Position numbers and translations under genes: made by a program
Shown: positions 40,301-53,100 of the stretch, piece after piece
How positions within the stretch are numbered: the stretch's first letter is position 1
How the letters are laid out: the number at the start of each line of letters is the position of its first letter
The notes under the pieces: generated by a model
Told to the model about the DNA's origin: nothing
Database searches by the model: none
Seen by the model: the letters and a program-made list of their open reading frames with translations, nothing else
From: Eledone cirrhosa
Lineage: Eukaryota
Direction of reading: 5' to 3'
DNA length: 64,000 bases
Assembly: GCA_964016885.1 (NCBI GenBank)
Contig: OZ024742.1
Span: 164,362,001-164,426,000, forward strand

Positions 40301-43300
40301 ATTATCTCCCCTTGGCTGGCTGGAAATTATCTCCCCTTGGAGGCTGGAATTTATCTCCCCTTGGACGGCTAGAAATTACCTCTCCTTGGACGGCTGGAAA
40401 ATATGTCCTTGGACGGCTGGATATTATCTACCCTTGGACGGCTGGAAATTATCTCCCCTTGGACGGCTGGAAATTATCTCCCCTTGGACGGCTAGATATT
40501 ACCTCCCCTTGGACGGCTGGAAATTATCTCCCCTTGATTTTTTTTACAAATTATCTCCCCCTGATTTTTTTTTACAAATTATCTCCCCCTGATTTTTTTT
40601 TACAAATTATCTACCCCTGATTTTTTTTTACAAATTATCTCCCCCTGATTTTTTTTACAAATTATCTCCCCCTGATTTTTTTTTACAAATTATCTCCCCC
40701 TGATTTTTTTTTACAAATTATCTACCCCTGATTTTTTTTACAAATTATCTCCCCCTGATTTTTTTTACAAATTATCTCCCCCTGATTTTGTTTACAAATT
40801 ATCTCCCCCTGATTTTTTTACAAATTATCTCCCCCTGATTTTTTTTACAAATTATCTCCGCCTAATTTTTTTAAATATTATCTTCCCTTGGCTGGCGGGA
40901 AATTATCTCCCCTTGGACGGCTGAAAATTATCTCTCCTTGGACGGCTGGAAATTATCTCCCCTTGATTTTTTTTACAAATTATCTCCCCCTGATTATTTT
41001 TTACAAATTATCTCCCCCTGATTTTTTTTTACAAATTATCTCCCCCTGATTTTTTTTACAAATTATCTCCCCCTGATTTTTTTACAAATTATCTCCCCTT
41101 GGCTGGCTGGAAATTATCTCCCCTTGGAGGCTGGAATTTATCTCCCCTTGGACGGTTAGAAATTACCTCTCCTTGGACGGCTGGAAAATATGTCTCCTTG
41201 GACGGCTGGAAATTATCGCCCCTTGGACGGCTGGAAATTATCTCCCCTTGGACGGCTGGAAATTATCTCTCCTCGGACGGCTAGAAATTACCTCTCCTTG
41301 GACAGCTGAAAATTATCTCCCCTTGGACGGCTGGAAATTATCTCCCCTTGATTTTTTTTACAAATTATCTCCCCCTGATTTTTTTTTACAAATTATCTCC
41401 CCCTGATTTTTTTTTACAAATTATCTCCCCCTGATTTTTTTTTACAAATTATCTCCCCCTGATATTTTTTTACAAATTATCTCCCCCTGATTTTTTTTTA
41501 CAAATTATCTCCCCATGATTTTTTTTACAAATTATCTCCCCCTGATATTTTTTACAAATTATCTCCCCCTGATTTTTTTTTACAAATTATCTCCCCCTGA
41601 TTTTTTTTTACAAATTATCTCCCCCTGATTTTTTTTTACAAATTATCTCCCCCTGATATTTTTTACAAATTATCTCCCCCTGATTTTTTTACAAATTATC
41701 TCCCCTTGGCTGGCTGGAAATTATCTCCCCTTGGAGGCTGGAATTTATCTCCCCTTAGACGGCTAGAAATTACCTCGCCTTGGACGGCTGGAAAATATGT
41801 CTCCTTGGACGGCTGGAAATTATCTCCCCTTGGACGGCTGGAAATTATCTCCCCTTGGACGGCTGGAAATTATCTCCCCTTGGACGGCTAGATATTACCT
41901 CCCCTTGGACGGCTGGAAATTATCTCCCCTTGATTTTTTTTACAAATTATCTCCCCCTGATTTTTTTTTACAAATTATCTCCCCCTGATTTTTTTTTACG
42001 AATTATCTCCCCCCGATTTTTTTTTACAAATTATCTCCGCCTGATTTTTTTAAAAAAATTATCTCCCCTTGAACGGCTGGAAATTATCTCCCCTTGGACG
42101 GCTGGAAATTATCTCCCCTTGGACGGCTAGAAATTACCTCTCCTTGGACGGCTGAAAATTATCTCCCCTTGGACGGCTGCAAATTATCTCCCCTTGATTT
42201 TTTAACAAATTATCTCCCCTTGATTTTTTTTTACAAATTATCTCCCCCTGATTTTTTTTTACAAATTATCTCCCCCTGATTTTTTTACAAATTATCTCCC
42301 CCTGATTTTTTTAAAAATTATCTTCCCTTGGCTGGCGGGAAATTATCTCCCCTTGGACGGCTGGAAATTATATCCCCTTGGAAGGATGGAAATTATCTCC
42401 CCTTGGACGGCTGGAAATTATCTCCCCTTGGACGGCTGGAAATTATCTCCCCTTGGACAGCTGGAAATTATCTGCCCTTGATTTTGTTTTTACAAATTAT
42501 CTCCCCCTGATTTTTTTTACAAATTATCTCCACCTGATTTTTTAAAAAATTATCTCCCCTTGGACGGCTGGAAATTATCTCCCCTTGATTTTTTTACAAA
42601 TTGTCTCCCCCTGATTTTTTTTACAAATTATCTCCCCCTGATTTTTTGTTACAAATTATCTCCCCCTGATTTTTTTAAAAATTATCTCCCCCTGATTTTT
42701 TTTACAAATTATCTCCGCCTGATTTTTTTAAATATTATCTTCCCTTGGCTGGCGGGAAATTATCTCCCCTTGGACGGCTGAAAATTATCTCCCCTTGGAC
42801 GGCTGGAAATTATCTCCCCTTGATTTTTTTACAAATTATCTCCCCCTGATTTTTTTTTACAAATTATCTACCCCTGATTTTTTTTACAAATTATCTCCCC
42901 CTGATTTTTTTTTACAAATTATCTCCCCCTGATTTTTTTTTACAAATTATCTCCCCCTGATTTTTTTACAAATTATCTCCCCTTGGCTAGCTGGAAATTA
43001 TCTCCCCTTGGAGGCTGGAATTTATCTCCCCTTGGACGGCTAGAAATTACCTCTCCTTGGACGGCTGGAAAATATGTCTCCTTGGACGGCTGGATATTAT
43101 CTACCCTTGGACGGCTGGAAATTATCTCCCCTTGGACGGCTGGAAATTATCTCCCCTTGGACGGCTAGATATTACCTCCCCTTGGACGGCTGGAAATTAT
43201 CTCCCCTTGATTTTTTTTACAAATTATCTCCCCCTGATTTTTTTTTACGAATTATCTCCCCCTGATTTTTTTTTACAAATTATCTCCGCCTGATTTTTTT

Positions 43301-44104
43301 TTTAAATTATCTCCCCTTGAACGGCTGGAAATTATCTCCCCTTGGACGGCTGGAAATTATCTCCCCTTGGACGGCTAGAAATTACCTCTCCTTGGACGGC
43401 TGAAAATTATCTCCCCTTGGACGGCTGCAAATTATCTCCCCTTGATTTTTTTAACAAATTATCTCCCCCTGATTTTTTTTTACAAATTATCTCCCCCTGA
43501 TTTTTTTTTACAAATTATCTACGCCTAATTTTTTTTACAAATTATCTCCCCCTGATTTTTTTTTACAAATTATCTCCCCCTGATTTTTTTTACAAATTAT
43601 CTCCCCCTGATTTTTTTTTACAAATTATCTCCCCCTGATTTTTTTACAAATTATCTCCCCCCTGAATTTTTTTACAATCTCCGCCTGATTTTTTTAAAAA
43701 TTATCTTCCCTTGGCTGGCAGGAAATTATCTCCCCTTGGTCGGCTGGAAATTATATCCCCTTGGAAGGATGGAAATTATCTCCCCTTGGACGGCTGGAAA
43801 TTATCTCCCCTTGGACGGCTGGAAATTACCTCCCCTTGGACAGCTGGAAATTATCTGCCCTTGATTTTGTTTTTACAAATTATCTCCCCCTGATTTTTTT
43901 TACAAATTATCTCCACCTGATTTTTTAAAAAATTATCTCCCCTTGATTTTTTTACAAATTATCTCCCCCTGATTTTTTTTACAAATTATCTCCCCCTGAT
44001 TTTTTTTTTACAAATTATCTCCCCCTGATTTTTTTACAAATTATCTCCCCCTGATTTTTTTTACAAATTATCTCCGCCTGATTTTTTTTACAAATTATCT
44101 CCCC
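27230..44104 (+). repeat. Long HOR unit (16,875 bp, landmark to landmark; copy 3 plus an extra ~3.6-kb module)
   Basis: The landmark block (248-aa pseudo-ORF) lies at 27230 and 44105. The segment ~28600-32400 has no counterpart at the copy 1/2 junction. Confidence 0.85.
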
Positions 44105-47100
44105 TTGGCTGGCTGGAAATTATCTCCCCTTGGAGGCTGGAATTTATCTCCCCTTGGACGGCTAGAAATTACCTCTCCTTGGACGGCTGGAAAATATGTC
44201 CTTGGACGGCTGGATATTATCTACCCTTGGACGGCTGGAAATTATCTCCCCTTGGACGGCTGGAAATTATCTCCCCTTGGAGGCTGGAATTTATCTCCCC
44301 TTGGACGGCTAGAAATTACCTCTCCTTGGACGGCTGGAAAATATGTCCTTGGACGGCTGGATATTACCTCCCCTTGGACGGCTGGAAATTATCTCCCCTT
44401 GATTTTTTTTACAAATTATCTCCCCCTGATTTTTTTTACAAATCTAATGATTTTAAAAAAAAAATTATCTCCCCTTCGCTGGCTGGAAATTATCTCCCCT
44501 TCGCTGGCTGGAAATTATCTCCCCTTGGACGCTGGAAATTATAGCCCCTTGGAGGGCTGGAAATTATCTTCCCTTGGACGGCTGGAAATTATCTCCCCTT
44601 GGCTCGAAATTATCTCCCCTTGGACGGCTAGAAATTATCTCTCTTTGGACGGCTGGAAATTATCTCCCTTTGATTTTTTTTACAAATTATCTCCCCCTGA
44701 TTTTTTTTACAAATCTCCCCCTGATTTTTTAAAAAAAATTATCTCCCCTTCGCTGGCTGGAAATTATCTCCCCTTGGACACTGGAAATTATAGCCCCTTG
44801 GAGGGCTGGAAATTATCTTCCCTTGGACGGCTGGAAATTATCTCTGCTTGATTTTTTTTACAAATTATCTCCCCCTGATTTTTTTTTACAAATTATCCCC
44901 CCCGATTTTTTTTACAAATTATCTCCCCCTGATTTTTTTTACAAATTATCTCCCCTTGGACGGCTGGAAATTATCTCCCCTTGGACGGCTGGAAATTATC
45001 TCCCCTTGGACGGCTAGAAATTACCTCTCCTTGGACGGCTGGAAAATATTTCTCCTTGGACGGCTGGATATTATCTACCCTTGGACGGGTGGAAATTATC
45101 TCCCCTTGGACGGCTGGAAATTATCTCCCCTTGGACGGCTAGATATTACCTCCCCTTGGACGACTGGAAATTATCTCCCCTTGATTTTTTTTACAAATTA
45201 TCTCCCCCTGATTTTTTTTTTACAAATTATCTCCCCCTGATTTTTTTACAAATTATCTCCCCCTGATTTTTTTTACAAATTATCTCCGCCTGATTTTTTT
45301 AAATATTATCTTCTCTTGGCTGGCGGGAAATTATCTCCCCTTGGACGGCTGAAAATTATCTCCCCTTGGACGGCTGGAAATTATCTCCCCTTGATTTTTT
45401 TTACAAATTATCTCCCCCTGATTTTTTTTAAAAAATTATCTCCCCCTAATTTTTTTTTACAAATTATCTCCCCCTGATTTTTTTTTACAAATTATCTCCC
45501 CCTGATTTTTTTTACAAATTATCTCCCCCTGATTTTTTTACAAATTATCTCCCCTTGGCTGGCTGGAAATTATCTCCCCTTGGACACTGTAAATTATAGC
45601 CCCTTGGAGGGCTGGAAATTATCTTACCTTGGACGGCTGGAAATTATCTCTGCTTGATTTTTTTTACAAATTATCTCCCCCTGATTTTTTTTTACAAATT
45701 ATCCCCCCCGATTTTTTTTACAAATTATCTCCCCCTGATTTTTTTTACAAATTATCTCCCCTTGGACGGCTGGAAATTATCTCCCCTTGGACGGCTGGAA
45801 ATTATCTCTCCTTGGACGGCTAGAAATTACCTCTCCTTGGACGACTGAAAATTATCTCCCCTTGGACGGCTGCAAATTATCTCCCCTTGATTTCTTTTAC
45901 AAATTATCTCCGCCTGATTTTTTTTTTAAAATTATCTCCCCTTGGACGGCTGGAAATTACCTCCCCTTGGACGGCTGGAAATTATCTCCCCTTGGACGGC
46001 TAGAAATTACCTCTCATTGGACGGCTGAAAATTATCTCCCCTTGGACGGCTGGAAATTATCTCCCCTTGATTTTTTTTACAAATTATCTCCCCCTGATTT
46101 TTTTTTTACAAATTATCTCCGCCTGATTTTTTTTTAAAATTATCTCTCCTTGGACGGCTGGATATTATCTCCCCTTTCATTTTTTTTACAAATTATCTCC
46201 CCCTGATTTTTTTTTACAAATTATCTCCCCCTGATTTTTTTTTACAAATTATCTACCCCTAATTTTTTTTACAAATTATCTCCCCCTGATTTTTTTTACA
46301 AATTATCTCCGCCTGATTTTTTTAAATATTATCTTCCCTTGGCTGGCGGGAAATTATCTCCCCTTGGACGGCTGGAAATTATCTCCCCTTGATTTTTTTT
46401 ACAAATTATCTCCCCCTGATTTTTTTTTACAAATTATCTCCCCCTGATTTTTTTTTACAAATTATCTCCCCCTGATTTTTTTTTACAAATTATCTCCCCC
46501 TGATTTTTTTTTACAAATCTCCCCCTGATTTTTTTATAAATTATCTCCCCTTGGCTGGCTGGAAATTATCTCCCCTTGGAGGCTGGAATTTATCTCCCCT
46601 TGGACGGCTAGAAATTACCTCTCCTTGGATGGCTGGAAAATATGTCTCCTTGGACGGCTGGATATTATCTACCCTTGGACGGCTGGAAATTATCTCCCCT
46701 TGGACGGCTGGAAATTATCTCCCCTTGGACGGCTAGATATTACCTCCCATTGGACGGCTGGAAATTATCTCCCCTTGATTTTTTTTACAAATTATCTCCC
46801 CCTGATTTTTTTTTACGAATTATCTCCCCCTGATTTTTTTTTACAAATTATCTCCGCCTGATTTTTTTTTTAAAATTATCTCCCCTTGAACGGCTGGAAA
46901 TTATCTCCCCTTGGACGGCTGGAAATTATCTCCCCTTGGACGGCTAGAAATTACCTCTCCTTGGACGGCTGAAAATTATCTCCCCTTGGACGGCTGCAAA
47001 TTATCTCCCCTTGATTTTTTTAACAAATTATCTCCCCCTGATTTTTTTTTACAAATTATCTCCCCCTGATTTTTTTTTACAAATTATCTACGCCTAATTT

Positions 47101-50100
47101 TTTTTACAAATTATCTCCCCCTGATTTTTTTTTACAAATTATCTCCCCCTGATTTTTTTTACAAATTATCTCCCCCTGATTTTTTTTACAAATTATCTCC
47201 CCCTGATTTTTTTACAAATTATCTCCCCCCTGATTTTTTTTACAATCTCCGCCTGATTTTTTTAAAAATTATCTTCCCTTGGCTGGCGGGAAATTATCTC
47301 CCCTTGGACGGCTGGAAATTATATCCCCTTGGAAGGATGGAAATTATCTCCCCTTGGACGGCTGGAAATTATCTCCCCTTGGACGGCTGGAAATTACTTC
47401 CCCTTGGACAGCTGGAAATTATCTGCCCTTGATTTTGTTTTTACAAATTATCTCCCCCTGATTTTTTTTACAAATTATCTCCACCTGATTTTTTAAAAAA
47501 TTATGTCCCCTTGGACGGCTGGAAATTATCTCCCCTTGATTTTTTTACAAATTATCTCCCCCTGATTTTTTTTACAAATTATCTCCCCCTGATTTTTTTT
47601 TACAAATTATCTCCCCCTGATTTTTTTTACAAATTATCTCCGCCTGATTTTTTTAAATATTATCTTCCCTTGGCTGGCGGGAAATTATCTCCCCTTGGAC
47701 GGCTGAAAATTATCTCCCCTTGGACGGCTGGAAATTATCTCCCCTTGATTTTTTTTACAAATTATCTCCCCCTGATTTTTTTTTACAAATTATCTCCCCC
47801 TGATTTTTTTTTACAAATTATCTTCCCCTGATTTTTTTTTACAAATTATCTGCCCCTGATTTTTTTTACAAATTATCTCCCCCTGATTTTTTTACAAATT
47901 ATCTCCCCTTGGCTGGCTGGAAATTATCTCCCCTTGGAGGCTGGAATTTATCTCCCCTTGGACGGCTAGAAATTACCTCTCCTTGGACGGCTGGAAAATA
48001 TTTCTCCTTGGACGGCTGGATATTATCTACCCTTGGACGGGTGGAAATTATCTCCCCTTGGACGGCTGGAAATTATCTCCCCTTGGACGGCTAGATATTA
48101 CCTCCCCTTGGACGGCTGGAAATTATCTCCCCTTGATTTTTTTTACAAATTATCTCCCCCTGATTTTTTTTACAAATTATCTCCACCTGATTTTTTTACA
48201 AATTATCTCCCCCTGATTTTTTTTACAAATTATCTCCCCCTGATTTTTTTTTTACAAATTATCTCCCCCTGATTTTTTTACAAATTATCTGCCCCTGATT
48301 TTTTTTACAAATTATCTCCGCCTGATTTTTTTAAATATTATCTTCCCTTGGCTGGCGGGAAATTATCTCCCCTTGGACGGCTGAAAATTATCTCCCCTTG
48401 GACGGCTGGAAATTATCTCCCCTTGATTTTTTTTACAAATTATCTCCCCCTGATTATTTTTTACAAATTATCTTTCCCTGATTTTTTTTACAAATTATCT
48501 CCCCCTGATTTTTTTTACAAATTATCTCCCCCTGATTTTTTTACAAATTATCTCCCCTTGGCTGGCTGGAAATTATCTCCCCTTGGAGGCTGGAATTTAT
48601 CTCCCCTTGGACGGCTGGAAATTATCTCTCCTTGGACGGCTAGTAATTACCTCTCCTTGGACGGCTGGAAAATATCTCTTTGGAGGGCTGGAAATTATCT
48701 CCCCTTGGACGGCTGGAAATTATCTCCCCTTGGACGGCTGGAAATTATCTCTCCTTGGACGGCTAGAAATTACCTCTCCTTGGACGGCTGAAAATTATCT
48801 CTCCTTGGACGGCTGGAAATTATCTCCCCTTGGACGGCTAGATATTACCTCCCCTTGGACGGCTGGAAATTATCTCCCCTTGATTTTTTTTACAAATTAT
48901 CTCCCCCTGATTTTTTTTACAAATTATCTCCACCTGATTTTTTTACAAATTATCTCCCCCTGATTTTTTTTACAAATTATCTCCGCCTAATTTTTTTAAA
49001 TATTATCTTCCCTTGGCTGGCGGGAAATTATCTCCCCTTGGACGGCTGAAAATTATCTCCCCTTGGACGGCTGGAAATTATCTCCCCTTGATTTTTTTTA
49101 CAAATTATCTCCCCCTGATTTTTTTTACAAATTATCTCCCCCTGATTTTTTTTTACAAATTATCTCCCCCTGATTTTTTTTTACAAATTATCTCCCCCTG
49201 ATGTTTTTTACAAATTATCTCCCTTTGGCTGGCTGGAAATTATCTCCCCTTGGAGGCTGGAATTTATCTCCCCTTGGACGGCTAGAAATTACCTCGCCTT
49301 GGACGGCTGGAAAATATGTCTCCTTGGACGGCTGGAAATTATCTCCCCTTGGACGGCTGGAAATTATCTCCCCTTGGACGGCTGGAAATAATCTCCCATT
49401 GGACGGCTAGATATTACCTCCCCTTGGACGGCTGGAAATTATCTCCCCTTGATTTTTTTTACAAATTATCTCCCCCTGATTTTTTTTTACAAATTATCTC
49501 CCCCTGATTTTTTTTACAAATTATCTCCCCCTGATTTTTTTACAAATTATCTCCCCCCGATTTTTTTTACAAATTATATCCGCCTAATTTTTTTAAATAT
49601 TATCTTCCCTTGGCTGGCGGGAAATTATCTCCCCTTGGACGGCTGAAAATTATCTCCCCTTGGACGGCTGGAAATTATCTCCCCTTGATTTTTTTACAAA
49701 TTATCTCCCCCTGATTATTTTTTACAAATTATCTCCCCCTGATTTTTTTTTACAAATTATCTCCCTCTGATTTTTTTTACAAATTATCTCCCCTTGGCTG
49801 GCTGGAAATTATCTCCCCTTGGAGGCTGGAATTTATCTCCCCTTGGACGGTTAGAAATTACCTCTCCTTGGACTGCTGGAAAATATGTCTCCTTGGACGG
49901 CTGGAAATTATCTCCCCTTGGACGGCTGGAAATTATCTCCCCTTGGACGGCTGGAAATTATCTCTCCTCGGACGACTAGAAATTACCTCTCCTTGGACAG
50001 CTGAAAATTATCTCCCCTTGGACGGCTGGAAATTATCTCCCCTTGATTTTTTTTACAAATTATCTCCCCCTGATTTTTTTTTACAAATTATCTCCCCCTG

Positions 50101-53100
50101 ATTTTTTTTTACAAATTATCTCCCCATGATTTTTTTTACAAATTATCTCCCCCTGATATTTTTTACAAATTATCTCCCCCTGATTTTTTTACAAATTATC
50201 TCCCCTTGGCTGGCTGGAAATTATCTCCCCTTGGAGGCTGGAATTTATCTCCCCTTGGACGGCTAGAAATTACCTCGCCTTGGACGGCTGGAAAATATGT
50301 CTCCTTGGACGGCTGGAAATTATCTCCCCTTGGACGGCTGGAAATTATCTCCCCTTGGACGGCTGGAAATTATCTCCCCTTGGACGGCTAGATATTACCT
50401 CCCCTTGGACGGCTGGAAATTATCTCCCCTTGATTTTTTTTACAATTTATCTCCCCCTGATTTTTTTTTACAAATTATCTCCCCCTGATTTTTTTTTACG
50501 AATTATCTCCCCCTGATTTTTTTTTACAAATTATCTCCGCCTGATTTTTTTTTAAAAATTATCTACCCTTGAACGGCTGGAAATTATCTCCCCTTGGACG
50601 GCTGGAAATTATCTCCCCTTGGACGGCTAGAAATTACCTCTCCTTGGACGGCTGAAAATTATCTCCCCTTGGACGGCTGCAAATTATCTCCCCTTGATTT
50701 TTTAACAAATTATCTCCCCCTGATTTTTTTTTACAAATTATCTCCCCCTGATTTTTTTTTACAAATTATCTACGCCTAATTTTTTTTACAAATTATCTCC
50801 CCCTGATTTTTTTTACAAATTATCTCCCCCTGATTTTTTTTACAAATTATCTCCCCCTGATTTTTTTTTACAAATTATTTCCCCCTGATTTTTTTACAAA
50901 TTATCTCCCCCCTGATTTTTTTAAAAATTATCTTCCCTTGGCTGGCGGGAAATTATCTCCCCTTGGACGGCTGGAAATTATATCCCCTTGGAGGCTGGAA
51001 TTTATCTCCCCTTGGACGGCTAGAAATTACCTCGCCTTGGACGGCTGGAAAATATGTCTCCTTGGACGGCTGGAAATTATCTCCCCTTGGACGGCTGGAA
51101 ATTATCTCCCCTTGGACGGCTGGAAATTATCTCCCCTTGGACGGCTAGATATTACCTCCCCTTGGACGGCTGGAAATTATCTCCCCTTGATTTCTTTTAC
51201 AAATTATCTCCCCCTGATTTTTTTTTACAAATTATCTCCCCCTGATTTTTTTTTACGAATTATCTCCCCCTCATTTTTTTTTACAAATTATCTCCCCTTG
51301 AACGGCTGGAAATTATCTCCCCTTGGACGGCTGGAAATTATCTCCCCTTGAAAGGCTAGAAATTACCTCTCCTTGGACGGCTGAAAATTATCTCCCCTTG
51401 GACGGCTGCAAATTATCTCCCCTTGATTTTTTAACAAATTACCTCGCCTTGGACGGCTGGAAAATATGTCTCCTTGGACGGCTGGAAATTATCTCCCCTT
51501 GGACGGCTGGAAATTATCTCCCCTTGGACGGCTGGAAATTATCTCCCATTGGACGGCTAGATATTACCTCCCCTTGGACGGCTGCAAATTATCTCCCCTT
51601 GATTTTTTTAACAAATTATCTCCCCCTGATTTTTTTTTACAAATTATCTCCCCCTGATTTTTTTTTACAAATTATCTACGCCTAATTTTTTTTACAAATT
51701 ATCTCCCCCTGATTTTTTTTTACAAATTATCTCCCCCTGATTTTTTTTACAAATTATCTCCCCCTGATTTTTTTTTACAAATTATCTCCCCCTGATTTTT
51801 TTACAAATTATCTCCCCCCTGATTTTTTTTACAATCTCCGCCTGATTTTTTTAAAAATTATCTTCCCTTGGCTGGCGGGAAATTATCTCCCCTTGGACGG
51901 CTGGAAATTATATCCCCTTGGAAGGATGGAAATTATCTCCCCTTGGACGGCTGGAAATTATCTCCCCTTGGACGGCTGGAAATTATCTCCCCTTGGACAG
52001 CTGGAAATTATCTGCCCTTGATTTTGTTTTTACAAATTATCTCCCCCTGATTTTTTTTACAAATTATCTCCACCTGATTTTTTAAAAAATTATCTCCCCT
52101 TGGACGGCTGGAAATTATCTCCCCTTGATTTTTTTACAAATTATCTCCCCCTGATTTTTTTTACAAATTATCTCCCCCTGATTTTTTTTTTACAAATTAT
52201 CTCCCCCTGATTTTTTTACAAATTATCTCCCCCTGATTTTTTTTACAAATTATCTCCGCCTGATTTTTTTAAATATTATCTTCCCTTGGCTGGCGGGAAA
52301 TTATCTCCCCTTGGACGGCTGAAAATTATCTCCCCTTGGACGGCTGGAAATTATCTCCCCTTGATTTTTTTTACAAATTATCTCCCCCTGATTTTTTTTA
52401 CAAATTATCTCCCCCTGATTTTTTTTTACAAATTATCTCCCCCTGATTTTTTTTTACAAATTATCTGCCCCTGAGTTTTTTTACAAATTATCTCCCCCTG
52501 ATTTTTTTACAAATTATCTCCCCTTGGCTGGCTGGAAATTATCTCCCCTTGGAGGCTGGAATTTATCTCCCCTTGGACGGCTAGAAATTACCTCTCCTTG
52601 GAAGGCTGGAAAATATTTCTCCTTGGACGGCTGGATATTATCTACCCTTGGACGGGTGGAAATTATCTCCCCTTGGACGGCTGGAAATTATCTCCCCTTG
52701 GACAGCTAGATATTACCTCCCCTTGGACGGCTGGAAATTATCTCCCCTTGATTTCTTTTACAAATTATCTCCCCCTGATTTTTTTTACAAATTATCTCCA
52801 CCTGATTTTTTTACAAATTATCTCCCCCTGATTTTTTTTACAAATTATCTCCCCCTGATTTTTTTACAAATTATCTCCCCTTGGCTGGCTGGAAATTATC
52901 TCCCCTTGGAGGCTGGAATTTATCTCCCCTTGGACGGCTGGAAATTATCTCCCCTTGATTTTTTTTACAAATTATCTACCCCTGATTTTTTTTACAAATT
53001 ATCTCCCCCTGATTTTTTTTACAAATTATCTCCCCCTGATTTTTTTACAAATTATCTCCCCCTGATTTTTTTACAAATTATCTCCCCCTGATTTTTTTTT

